Shown: positions 1 to 7,642, numbered from the stretch's first letter. The stretch is 32,000 bases of DNA from Erysipelotrichaceae bacterium MTC7 (GCA_001695645.1 LVZN01000078.1:1-32000); one strand, 5' to 3'. Notes: generated by a model from the sequence alone, not told the origin. Translations and numbers: made by a program.

Positions 1-22
1 TTTCACAAATAAATTATACCAA

Positions 23-63
23 AAATAACGCCTATTCTCTTACGAGTTTAGGCGTTATTTTTA
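23..63 (+). terminator. Rho-independent terminator hairpin (looks bidirectional) ending a gene upstream of the window
   Basis: Arms AAATAACGCCT (23-33) and AGGCGTTATTT (50-60) are complementary. An A-run precedes the stem and a T-run follows it. Confidence 0.6.
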
Positions 64-104
64 TGATTTGAAGCTGTACTAAGTGTCACAGCCCCTTTTC
101 TGTG

Positions 105-157
105 TGTGTTTATAAAGGGATAGAAATGTATGTAATAGGGATAACATACATGCAAGG
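105..157 (+). repeat. Copy A of a ~53-bp intergenic repeat with an internal hairpin ATGTATGT..ACATACAT
   Basis: About 47/53 identical to 1391-1443, with a shared 24-nt perfect core ATGTATGTAATAGGGATAACATAC. Lies ~170 bp upstream of the mutY start. Confidence 0.7.
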
Positions 158-327
158 CTCTCGCCTTACTCATAGATAATACGATAGTTATATATCGTAA
201 ATATCGCAGAATTATGGAAAAAAATGGGATATGCATATGTATTTGCATTCTTCATCATATGGTAAAATATATGTTGCAAAAATTCTTTATTTACCGCATG
301 ATATGTATAAAACAGGAGATATTATTA

Positions 328-1368
328 ATGTATTCACATATAGAAAGAAATTCCCAATTATTGGCTTGGTATGGGGATGTAAAACGCTTGCTTCCTTGGC
401 GAATTACCAAAGACGCGTATAGAATATGGATTAGTGAGATTATGCTTCAACAAACACGAGTGGAAGCAGTGATTCCATATTTTGAAAGATTTATCACAAA
501 ATTACCAACACTAGAAGCTTTAGCGATGGTGGATGATGAAACGTTGTATAAATTGTGGGAAGGTCTTGGTTATTATCGTCGTGCACGCTTTTTAAAAGAA
601 GCAGCAATTGTTTGTGTGGAGCACTTTGAAGGAAAGTTACCGCGTACGTATGAAGCGTTATTAAGTTTGCCGGGAGTTGGAATGTATACAGCAGCAGCAA
701 TTGCTTCTATTGCATTTGATGAAGCGGTGCCAGCAGTCGATGGCAATGTGTTACGTGTATATATGCGCGTCCATGCACTTGATAATGACATTGCAAAAGA
801 AAAGACGAAAAAGTGGGTTTTTGAAAAATTGTTAGAAGAAATGGATCATGTACAACCAGGAGATTTTAATCAAGCGTTGATGGATTTAGGTTCACAAATT
901 TGTATTGGCAATGGTTCACCAAGATGTAACATATGCCCAATTTCGACAACATGCAAAGCTTACCAAGAAGGACGTCAAAATCAACTGCCAATCAAAAGCA
1001 AACTGAAGGCAAGAAGAATTGAGAAACGAACAATTCTCATTTTACGTAACGATCAGATGTACTATGTACATAAACGTCCAAGTGAAGGATTGATGGCAAA
1101 TCTATATGAATTTGTTAATATCGAAGGTCATCTTTTAAAGAAGGATATCATTCATCAAGTCAGCGAAAATTACACAATTCAAACGATTTCTAAACTTTCG
1201 AATTATACACATGTCTATTCCCATGTGGAATGGAAGATGCAAGCGTACTTAATAGATGTGGCTCAAATAAATGAAAACTTTGTATCTTGGAAAACAATCA
1301 AAATGCAAATACCGATGGCTGGAGCGATGCAAGATTTTATCAAACAAATAGAAAAAAAGACTTCATAG
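328..1368 (+). CDS. mutY: A/G-specific adenine DNA glycosylase MutY
   Basis: HhH-GPD glycosylase motifs (ISEIMLQQTRVEAV, LPGVGMYTAAAI), a 4-Cys Fe-S loop (CxxxxxxCxxCxxxxxC) and a NUDIX-like C-terminus. Start trimmed to the ATG at 328, which has AGGAG at 314-318; the longer 214 start has no RBS. Confidence 0.9.
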   Translation: MYSHIERNSQLLAWYGDVKRLLPWRITKDAYRIWISEIMLQQTRVEAVIPYFERFITKLPTLEALAMVDDETLYKLWEGLGYYRRARFLKEAAIVCVEHFEGKLPRTYEALLSLPGVGMYTAAAIASIAFDEAVPAVDGNVLRVYMRVHALDNDIAKEKTKKWVFEKLLEEMDHVQPGDFNQALMDLGSQICIGNGSPRCNICPISTTCKAYQEGRQNQLPIKSKLKARRIEKRTILILRNDQMYYVHKRPSEGLMANLYEFVNIEGHLLKKDIIHQVSENYTIQTISKLSNYTHVYSHVEWKMQAYLIDVAQINENFVSWKTIKMQIPMAGAMQDFIKQIEKKTS

Positions 1369-1387
1369 GGGTTGAAGTCTTTTTTTC
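1358..1387 (+). terminator. mutY terminator
   Basis: AGACTTCA (1358-1365) pairs with TGAAGTCT (1373-1380), followed by T7. Confidence 0.75.
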
Positions 1388-1390
1388 ATA

Positions 1391-1443
1391 TTGTGTTTAT
1401 AAGGGGATTCTAATGTATGTAATAGGGATAACATACTTGCAAG
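1391..1443 (+). repeat. Copy B of the ~53-bp intergenic repeat
   Basis: See copy A. Lies ~200 bp upstream of the degV start. A weaker third relative is at about 1597-1625 (GTGTTTTTATAAAGGATATAATG). Confidence 0.7.
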
Positions 1444-1642
1444 AAATTATCTCTTGCAGGCTATAATATATTAAATATAAGTGTTTGAATTTTCGGTATA
1501 TTTTGTAAAAATATGTGATAGAATATTCTAAAGATAAATCCCTTTATCAAGGTGCATTCTTACAACATTGACTCACACGTGTGGTAATTTGTTGTATGGT
1601 GTTTTTATAAAGGATATAATGGTAAAGTACAAGGAGGTTTGT

Positions 1643-2518
1643 ATGGGAAATTATCTTATTGTCAGCGATGTAACTGCTGATTTACACATGGATGTCATAA
1701 AAACATATGATGTCAAAATGATTCCAATGATGTTCCGTTTGGATGAAAAGGAATACCAACAAGAGGCAGATTTTAAAGTGTTTCATGAAATCGATTTTTA
1801 CAATCAATTAAGAAATGGATCAACGGGATCGACTTCGCAAATTACACCGTATACGTATATTGAATATTTTACACCACTGCTTGAAGCTGGTCATGATGTT
1901 CTATATATTGCGTTTTCTAGTGGGTTAAGTAATACGTATCAAAGTTCACTGGTTGCACTAGAAGAACTGAAAGAAAGCTTTCCTGATCGAAAGATTCATT
2001 TCATAGATAGTTTAGCGGCAAGTGCCGGTGAAGGATTGATGATTTACTATGCTTGCTTGAATCGTGAAAAAGGTATGACAATTGAGGAGAATGAAGCTTG
2101 GTTACTTGATAATCGTTTGCATTTTGCGCACTGGGTTGCAGTTGATGATTTACATCATCTAGCAAGAGGCGGTCGCGTATCAGGTGCAACTGCAATTGTT
2201 GGTAGTGCACTGAGCATTAAACCAATCTTGCATGTCGATGATGAAGGTCATTTATTAAATGTCGCAAAAGCACGAGGACGTAAAAAATCACTGAACAAAC
2301 TTGTCGAAAAAATGAAAGAAACAGCGATTGACCCGCAAGATCAAGTAATTATGATTTCTCATGCAGATTCATTAGATGATGTAAAGTATCTAATTGATAA
2401 AATTAAAACGGATGTTGGTGTAAAAGATGTCATCGTTTCAGATATTGGGCCAGTCGTAGGTTCCCATGCAGGTCCAGGAACCATTGCTTTATTCTTCTTA
2501 GCCAAGACACGTTCATAA
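1643..2518 (+). CDS. DegV family fatty-acid-binding protein
   Basis: N-terminal IVSDVTADL, plus SSGLSNTYQS, GRVSGA and GPGTIALFF motifs typical of DegV. AAGGAGG at 1631-1637 supports the ATG at 1643. Confidence 0.9.
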   Translation: MGNYLIVSDVTADLHMDVIKTYDVKMIPMMFRLDEKEYQQEADFKVFHEIDFYNQLRNGSTGSTSQITPYTYIEYFTPLLEAGHDVLYIAFSSGLSNTYQSSLVALEELKESFPDRKIHFIDSLAASAGEGLMIYYACLNREKGMTIEENEAWLLDNRLHFAHWVAVDDLHHLARGGRVSGATAIVGSALSIKPILHVDDEGHLLNVAKARGRKKSLNKLVEKMKETAIDPQDQVIMISHADSLDDVKYLIDKIKTDVGVKDVIVSDIGPVVGSHAGPGTIALFFLAKTRS

Positions 2519-2533
2519 TGAGGTCACTTTAGT

Positions 2534-2914
2534 ATGAAAAAACACCTACCATATTCTCATCCTGCGCAACCGGATAGACCGAAGCAGATCTATCATATGT
2601 TGCCAACGGAAGTGTATGAGTGTATAAAAAACCAAGAATTCTATACACCAGAGGATTATGCAGATGATGGCTTTATTCATTTCTCATTAAAAGAACAACT
2701 AGTGGATGTTGCAACATCTTGCTATGGCATGCATCAAAAACTTTGCGTACTTGAAGTTCTTGTTGATGATAGCTTGATCAAATATTTGAAAATGGAAGGT
2801 GTTACAGCTGATAATTTGTATCCACATTTATACACACCGTTACCTTTGTGTAAGGTACATGCAGTACACCGAATGGTACAAAGTAAATTGTATGGGTTCC
2901 AGTTGATAATCTAA
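2534..2914 (+). CDS. DUF952 family protein
   Basis: IYHM..W-less variant, DGFIHFS..EQL, L.VL.VD...L and YPHLY..LP...V fit my recollection of the DUF952 pattern. Confidence 0.7.
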   Translation: MKKHLPYSHPAQPDRPKQIYHMLPTEVYECIKNQEFYTPEDYADDGFIHFSLKEQLVDVATSCYGMHQKLCVLEVLVDDSLIKYLKMEGVTADNLYPHLYTPLPLCKVHAVHRMVQSKLYGFQLII

Positions 2915-3294
2915 AGAATATCGATAGTACATGTGTTGTAAGGGGACACAAAGTATTAGTAAGCCTTCTTTTAATTGAAAAAAATCTATATTGAACTGTG
3001 ACTGTCGTTTAATAGATAAACAAATATGGTCCGTATGAATATCTGTATCATTTTGCATGCATATATTGATGTTTGAAACTATATTAGAGATCAGTTATCA
3101 ATATAACACACGGGCTACAAATTGAAAATAAAGTATATAAAGTGATTCCAGTATGGGTGAGCGACGATATAATGCGAATATATGTGGATAATTTTGAGAG
3201 TATTCAAAACAAAGACTATTAGATAAATTAAAAAAAATTCGTCATAAATTCGTCATAGAATAGGAAAATAGCATAATTTCATAAACAAAGAATA

Positions 3295-3334
3295 TAAAAA
3301 AAGCCCATGAACAACGAAGTTCATGGGTATTTTT
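3295..3334 (-). terminator. Hairpin terminator immediately 3-prime of the tRNA remnant (bidirectional in form)
   Basis: CCCATGAAC (3304-3312) pairs with GTTCATGGG (3319-3327). A/T runs on both sides. Confidence 0.6.
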
Positions 3335-3339
3335 CCAAA

Positions 3340-3387
3340 TGGTGGTCCCGGTCGGAATCGAACCAACGACACAAGGATTTTCAGTCC
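3340..3387 (-). tRNA. Partial tRNA-Phe(GAA): anticodon loop through CCA only. Probable att core (attL).
   Basis: The reverse complement reads GGA-CTGAAAA-TCCTT-GTGTC-GTTGG-TTCGATT-CCGAC-CGGGACC-A-CCA. This gives anticodon loop, variable loop, T arm, acceptor 3-prime strand and CCA. No matching GGTCCCG acceptor 5-prime strand or D arm lies upstream, and similarity breaks at 3387/3388. Confidence 0.75.
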
Positions 3388-3429
3388 GACTATTTAGTTG
3401 ATAGAAGTGCGATAAACAAAGGGTTTCGT

Positions 3430-4563
3430 TCAGTTTTGCAATGCGTTTGACACCAATTTGACACCATCTTGCTTTTCAATGTATGCATTTAGTTGATTAC
3501 CAACATCACTTTTTTCATGATCTAAGTGGGCATAAATATCTGCAGTAATACGTATCGACTTATGGCCCATGAGTCTTTTCGCTTCTTGTAATGGCACTCC
3601 GGCATAAAATAGCATTGTACAATAATTATGGCGAAATACATATGGTGTAAGCCCGTCGCTATTGGCTGGTGGACGATTCTCTTGTAGTGCATAACGATTC
3701 ATAGCGTTTATAATTGTCTCCCAAAACCGTCGATATGCTTGTCCTGTGATGAGTTGATTATCTTTTACATTACGAAAGAAATAATCATCTCCAATATTAG
3801 AAATATAGAACTTGAAAAATGGAACTAAGTTATTCAAGATTGGCAAGTACCTTTTTCCTGCATCTGTTTTAGTCTCTTTCAAAATTGGTCTATTCTTCTT
3901 AAACACAAGAGCACGTTGAATAACCAATATTTTTTTGTTGAAGTCAAAATCTTTTGTATGGATAGCACGAGCTTCTTCAGGTCGTAAACCGAAATATTTG
4001 ATTAGATATACGAATGCTTGTTGTCGTTCAGTGAATTCAGCATGATCAGATAAGTAATTTTCATTATCGTTAAGTGGTCTTTTATCACTAGCAACATACT
4101 TTGGAATAACTAATCCATTGCAAGGATTTTTGCTTATCCAACCATCAATGATAGCTAGTTCAAAGATTTGTTTTGCACATATCTTTATCTTTTGACATGC
4201 ACGTGGATGTGCAATGTTTTCATTAATGATAGTTTGAATATGTTGCCTAGTAATCTCATCAAGATTTAAGTGGTCAAGACTTGCAAGGTGATTTAGCGTT
4301 GTAAGGTACATGCTTTGAGTGGCGTCGGATATATTAATACACTTTATCTTATACCATTCTTCTTTATACTTTCCAAACTTCACTTTGCTATTAACGTTTA
4401 TTCCAGCTGCAATTGAGAACTTCAGTTGGTCAGCTTGTTGCTCAACTTCTTTCTTTGTTTTACCATAAACGGTTTTATAGTTTGATTTGTTCGTTGTAGG
4501 ATCTATTCCAACATTTACTTTTATTTGCCATCTTCCATCTTTTCTCTTGGTTGCTTTTGGCAT
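3430..4563 (-). CDS. int: Tyrosine site-specific integrase
   Basis: N-terminal KRKDGRWQIKV SAM-like arm-binding region. C-terminal catalytic signature: FRHNYCTMLF, MGHKSIRITADIYAHL (R..HxxR..Y). RBS GGAGG lies upstream. Confidence 0.95.
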   Translation of the reverse strand: MPKATKRKDGRWQIKVNVGIDPTTNKSNYKTVYGKTKKEVEQQADQLKFSIAAGINVNSKVKFGKYKEEWYKIKCINISDATQSMYLTTLNHLASLDHLNLDEITRQHIQTIINENIAHPRACQKIKICAKQIFELAIIDGWISKNPCNGLVIPKYVASDKRPLNDNENYLSDHAEFTERQQAFVYLIKYFGLRPEEARAIHTKDFDFNKKILVIQRALVFKKNRPILKETKTDAGKRYLPILNNLVPFFKFYISNIGDDYFFRNVKDNQLITGQAYRRFWETIINAMNRYALQENRPPANSDGLTPYVFRHNYCTMLFYAGVPLQEAKRLMGHKSIRITADIYAHLDHEKSDVGNQLNAYIEKQDGVKLVSNALQN

Positions 4564-4640
4564 TTGTGAATCCTCCTATAATTTGGTATTATAAGAGCAT
4601 AGAAAAACGATAGATGTCCGTCTATTAAATTCTATGCTCG

Positions 4641-4667
4641 CACCCAATTGCAGTTGGGTGTTTTTTA
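4641..4667 (+). terminator. Plus-strand terminator-like hairpin in the int upstream region
   Basis: CACCCAA..TTGGGTG stem followed by TTTTTTATTT on the plus strand only. Confidence 0.45.
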
Positions 4668-4709
4668 TTTCTTTTGCTTGCTAAACTATATCAAGTTATA
4701 TCAGGTTAG

Positions 4710-4737
4710 TTGACAAATATTGTGTATCAACTATAAT
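4710..4737 (+). promoter_or_regulatory. Near-consensus sigma-A promoter on the plus strand, antisense to the neighbouring genes
   Basis: TTGACA (4710-4715), 16 nt spacer, TATAAT (4732-4737). Confidence 0.5.
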
Positions 4738-4837
4738 ATAAGTAGGTCAACTCGTGATGGATATAGCTGGGTTCCCGAATGGGAGTAGATAGTGTTTAAC
4801 TATTTAGAATTCCTTTGCTCCTGGGGTTGACACCTTT

Positions 4838-5812
4838 TTATAAATTGCTTTTTATATGATTCAGAATATTTTCTGGATCTTTTTTTAATTCTTCAAATAT
4901 GAAATTGATTGCCTTGTTTGAGTAAGAATAGCTCGGAGAAGAATGAATTGTGTTCACGTAACAAAAATCAGTCTTTTCTTTTATCTCAAAATGTTTACAA
5001 AAATTCGAAAAATGATAACTGTTAAATTTTGCTTTTTTATTGTCTTTATACGTGAGATAGATTCCTTCTTTTTTTAGTTTTCCATTTATGAGCTCAATAC
5101 ATTTTTTTGTTGTATACGCATGAGTTTTATTAGGGTCTTGTAGTTTATTAATTATTTTAACTCCAGTCTCCGCATTGGCATCTATTTTGACTTTTGAGGT
5201 AGCCTTGCTTTCGCTTTTTGTTATATAGTGGTGGTGATTAATTGAAATTGCAAAGTTAGCATTATTATTTTCACTTAAGTCATCAATATCACCTTTGTTT
5301 TTAAGTAATTTTGTTGCTATTTCTTCTGGATACTTGGCTACAATTTTGCTTTCATCTAACGTTTTCATACTAACAGATAGAGTAAGAAAATTTTGGGGGA
5401 TTATGGTTGTCATATCAATTTCATGAAATTGCTCCATTTTTTCATTAAAGTTTAATACGCAGGCTTGAAACAAAGGGACATAAACCATTTCATATTCCTC
5501 GGTTATAAAGTGTGTACTTGTGTTTCGAAGCTCAATGATTTTTTCAAGATTTCTTCGTAGTGGGTCTTTATCGTTGGTAAAGACTTTTTTAATGCAATTT
5601 TCTAAAGAAATTGTTCTATCTGGATTATCTGTGAAATAAATATTCTCACGTTTGTTCAACATATGGGCCTTTAGCATTAATTCCCATGAATTACATATAA
5701 ATAATGCAAAGCCCTCTACTCTATACCGTATAGTTGGTTTGTTATATATTTCTATAGCCATTTCAAAAGCTTCTACACTTTTTTTGATTAAACGATTTCT
5801 AATATCTTCCAT
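4838..5812 (-). CDS. DUF3644-like protein with an N-terminal HEPN-like Rx4H motif (candidate RNase/abortive-infection effector)
   Basis: N-terminus AIEIYNKPTIRYRVEGFALFICNSWELMLKA matches my recollection of DUF3644. ELRNTSTH gives R-x4-H (codons at 5525-5527 and 5510-5512). Start set to the ATG at 5812, which has GGGAGG upstream. Confidence 0.6.
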   Translation of the reverse strand: MEDIRNRLIKKSVEAFEMAIEIYNKPTIRYRVEGFALFICNSWELMLKAHMLNKRENIYFTDNPDRTISLENCIKKVFTNDKDPLRRNLEKIIELRNTSTHFITEEYEMVYVPLFQACVLNFNEKMEQFHEIDMTTIIPQNFLTLSVSMKTLDESKIVAKYPEEIATKLLKNKGDIDDLSENNNANFAISINHHHYITKSESKATSKVKIDANAETGVKIINKLQDPNKTHAYTTKKCIELINGKLKKEGIYLTYKDNKKAKFNSYHFSNFCKHFEIKEKTDFCYVNTIHSSPSYSYSNKAINFIFEELKKDPENILNHIKSNL

Positions 5813-5822
5813 ATATTCCTCC

Positions 5823-6113
5823 CTATTCCATGTTAATACCATAATCTTGTAGATACTGATCAGCATATGGCATAATCATATCTACTTCTTTTTCACAATC
5901 ATCTTCTGAACTAATATCTGTATTAAAGTGATTCTTTAGTATATGAATTAATTCGTGTTTTAGTGATTGTTTATTTACTTCAATACTGTAATTCCAATTT
6001 AACAAAACATAATAAGTATCTTCTAGTAAGTAACAAAGCCCCTTTGTTGTTTTAGGTAAACAACACCTAGTTACACATATGTTATTTTGTCTACAAAAAT
6101 CCTCGAATCCCAT
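5823..6113 (-). CDS. Minimal ImmA/IrrE-family (M78-like) zinc metallopeptidase
   Basis: HELIH (HExxH) at 5943-5957, preceded by a G....YYVLLN context typical of ImmA/IrrE cores. The ATG at 6113 has GGGAGG at 6122-6127. Its stop lies 10 nt before the next gene start. Confidence 0.65.
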   Translation of the reverse strand: MGFEDFCRQNNICVTRCCLPKTTKGLCYLLEDTYYVLLNWNYSIEVNKQSLKHELIHILKNHFNTDISSEDDCEKEVDMIMPYADQYLQDYGINME

Positions 6114-6170
6114 AAGTATGTACCTCCCCAAGTTATCATACTTGAGAATGTTACATCTATTCTGTACTGA

Positions 6171-6204
6171 TAAATAAAAGGAACAACTCTACTAAAGTTG
6201 TTCC
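6171..6204 (-). terminator. Terminator between the XRE/PemK-like pair and the ImmA-like/HEPN-like pair
   Basis: On the minus strand, GGAACAACT-ttagtag-AGTTGTTCC is followed by TTTTATTTA. Confidence 0.65.
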
Positions 6205-6262
6205 AGTCCGTGGCGTATAGCCTTACTCTTGACATATGTCAGTCCGTGGCGCAATGGCCTTG
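6204..6262 (-). repeat. Two direct repeats with 36-nt period, flanking a 10-bp palindrome
   Basis: CAGTCCGTGGCG..GCCTT occurs at 6204-6226 and 6240-6262: 12 nt are perfect, plus GCCTT after a 1-nt indel. The perfect palindrome GACATATGTC sits at 6231-6240. Confidence 0.6.
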
Positions 6263-6301
6263 TACTAATATAATATCACGAAACGAATATTTGTAAACAA
6301 C

Positions 6302-6799
6302 TTAAAATGTAAAATATTTCTTTATCTCATCATCGATTTTGTTCATATGTAATGGTGGTGCGAGTAAATGAAATAATGGGTCATATTCATTTATAAAAGG
6401 CTTAATTCTAAATTTACTTATCGTTGTAATGTTTTGAATAAGCGCATACGATTGTTTGATTTTAGAATGATAGAAATCTAAATTTTCTTGTAATTTGTCA
6501 GTGACACCTAGTAATTGTGATTTTAAAGCAATCCCTCTATTAAAATCTCGAGCCACTCTTTTTAGATATTCCTCGGTACCTGAATAAACTAAGGCAAATA
6601 TCATATTCTTTAATGGTAGATAATAACGCTTAGATTTAGAACTTAAAGGAATGACTGTAAGGACACCGTTAAAATTTGAGTCCTTTTTAGTTAGGACGAT
6701 AGCAAAATGTATTCCGCTTAATTCATTCCCAACTCCCTTGCCAAAATCCACAGATACTATTTGACCTCTTTTATAAGTTTGATATTTGATTGGTTTCAC
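6302..6799 (-). CDS. PemK/MazF-fold toxin-like protein with a ~50-aa insertion
   Basis: RGQIVSVDFGKGVGNELSGIHFAIVLT...VIPLSSKSK and ALIQNITTISKFRI align by eye to MazF GDLIWVDFDPTKGSEQAGHRPAVVLS...VPCTTQSK and DQVKSIAWRAR. GTG start directly abuts the upstream stop (TAAGTG). Confidence 0.65.
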   Translation of the reverse strand: MKPIKYQTYKRGQIVSVDFGKGVGNELSGIHFAIVLTKKDSNFNGVLTVIPLSSKSKRYYLPLKNMIFALVYSGTEEYLKRVARDFNRGIALKSQLLGVTDKLQENLDFYHSKIKQSYALIQNITTISKFRIKPFINEYDPLFHLLAPPLHMNKIDDEIKKYFTF

Positions 6800-7288
6800 T
6801 TAGTCCATACCTCTTTCAGCTCTTATACCCTTGATGACAGTTAGAATACGCTCCATGTCTTCAGGACTTAGATCCTTTGTTTTATCAAATAATAAGACTA
6901 AATTGTCATTTTCTCGAATAGAGTTATATATTTCTAATAATTCTGGATTGTTCTTTTCTAGATATTCGGTAGTGGGGTTAGATGGCTTGATAATGTCTGA
7001 GAATGATTTGTAATCATCATTTTCTTTATCGTTAAAATCAAAATAGAACATACCTTTGGAAAGTAATTCATCAATATCCAAATCAAGTGCCTTGCATATT
7101 AACTCCAAGGTATCCATGTCTACACGAGATTTACCATCCTCATATCTTTTGAGTGTGCTTTTTGTTTTCACTCCACCGATTGCTTCGCTTAATCGATCCA
7201 AACTTATATCTTTTTCTATTCTACGTTCTTTAAGAACTTTTCCGAGTTGCTTGTACAATTCCATATCAAATTTGTTAAGAGCAGTCAT
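6800..7288 (-). CDS. XRE-family HTH repressor (CI/ImmR-like, no S24 peptidase domain)
   Basis: N-terminal HTH_XRE pattern (LKERRIEKDISLDRLSEAIG...STLKRYEDG). Divergent from a cro-like gene across an operator-rich region. Confidence 0.85.
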   Translation of the reverse strand: MTALNKFDMELYKQLGKVLKERRIEKDISLDRLSEAIGGVKTKSTLKRYEDGKSRVDMDTLELICKALDLDIDELLSKGMFYFDFNDKENDDYKSFSDIIKPSNPTTEYLEKNNPELLEIYNSIRENDNLVLLFDKTKDLSPEDMERILTVIKGIRAERGMD

Positions 7289-7440
7289 GGTCCATTTCCC
7301 CCTTATATAAATGCATTATACCATAAAAATGGTACACTTCAATATAAAAACCATTTTTTTGGCACATTTCTCTTGCAATAAGAAAATCTTTGTTTTATAC
7401 TTTGGATGTGCCACATAAATGGCACATGAAAGGAGAAACA
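7289..7440. promoter_or_regulatory. Divergent promoter/operator switch region
   Basis: Minus strand: TTGAAG (7342-7337), N16, TGgTATAAT (7323-7315). Plus strand: TTGCAA (7373-7378), N17, TATACT (7396-7401). Related 20-bp operators sit at 7318-7337, 7348-7367 and 7408-7427, with consensus roughly GTGCCAtAAAAAtGGCACAc. Confidence 0.7.
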
Positions 7441-7635
7441 ATGGAAGATAAAATCACAGTAAAAGAAGCACGTGAAAAAGCAGGATACTCTATAAGAGAA
7501 ATGGCTGAATTGATGGGTTGGGTTAAAACAACATATGTTAACAAAGAGAATGGAATTAGTAAGTTCTATGTGGATGAGGCAGTAAGATTTAGTAGAATAG
7601 TCAAGGTTCCAATGAGCAATATCATTTTTTTTTGA
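7441..7635 (+). CDS. Cro-like XRE-family HTH protein
   Basis: ITVKEAREKAGYSIREMAELMG is an HTH. AAAGGAG RBS precedes the ATG at 7441. Confidence 0.8.
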   Translation: MEDKITVKEAREKAGYSIREMAELMGWVKTTYVNKENGISKFYVDEAVRFSRIVKVPMSNIIFF

Positions 7636-7642
7636 ACATGAT

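Noticed and set aside
48-248. 66-aa minus-strand ORF upstream of mutY
   Set aside because: No RBS and odd composition. It spans the terminator, the intergenic repeat and the mutY promoter region, so it is most likely a chance ORF in AT-rich DNA.
214-327. Longer 384-aa version of mutY starting at 214
   Set aside because: The extra N-terminus (MEKNGICICICILHH...) is not MutY-like and has no RBS. The ATG at 328 has AGGAG at the correct spacing.
2840-3058. 72-aa minus-strand ORF in the DUF952 to tRNA gap
   Set aside because: It overlaps the DUF952 3-prime end in antisense, has no RBS and has low-complexity composition. The 2915-3339 gap is treated as non-coding.
3236-3257. Tandem 11-mer AATTCGTCATA x2
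   Set aside because: Only two copies in AT-rich non-coding host DNA, with no associated feature. Too little to interpret.
3340-3420. A complete tRNA gene next to the integrase
   Set aside because: No acceptor 5-prime strand (GGTCCCG), D arm or anticodon-stem 5-prime strand can be found upstream of the anticodon loop. Only the 3-prime ~48 nt are tRNA-like.
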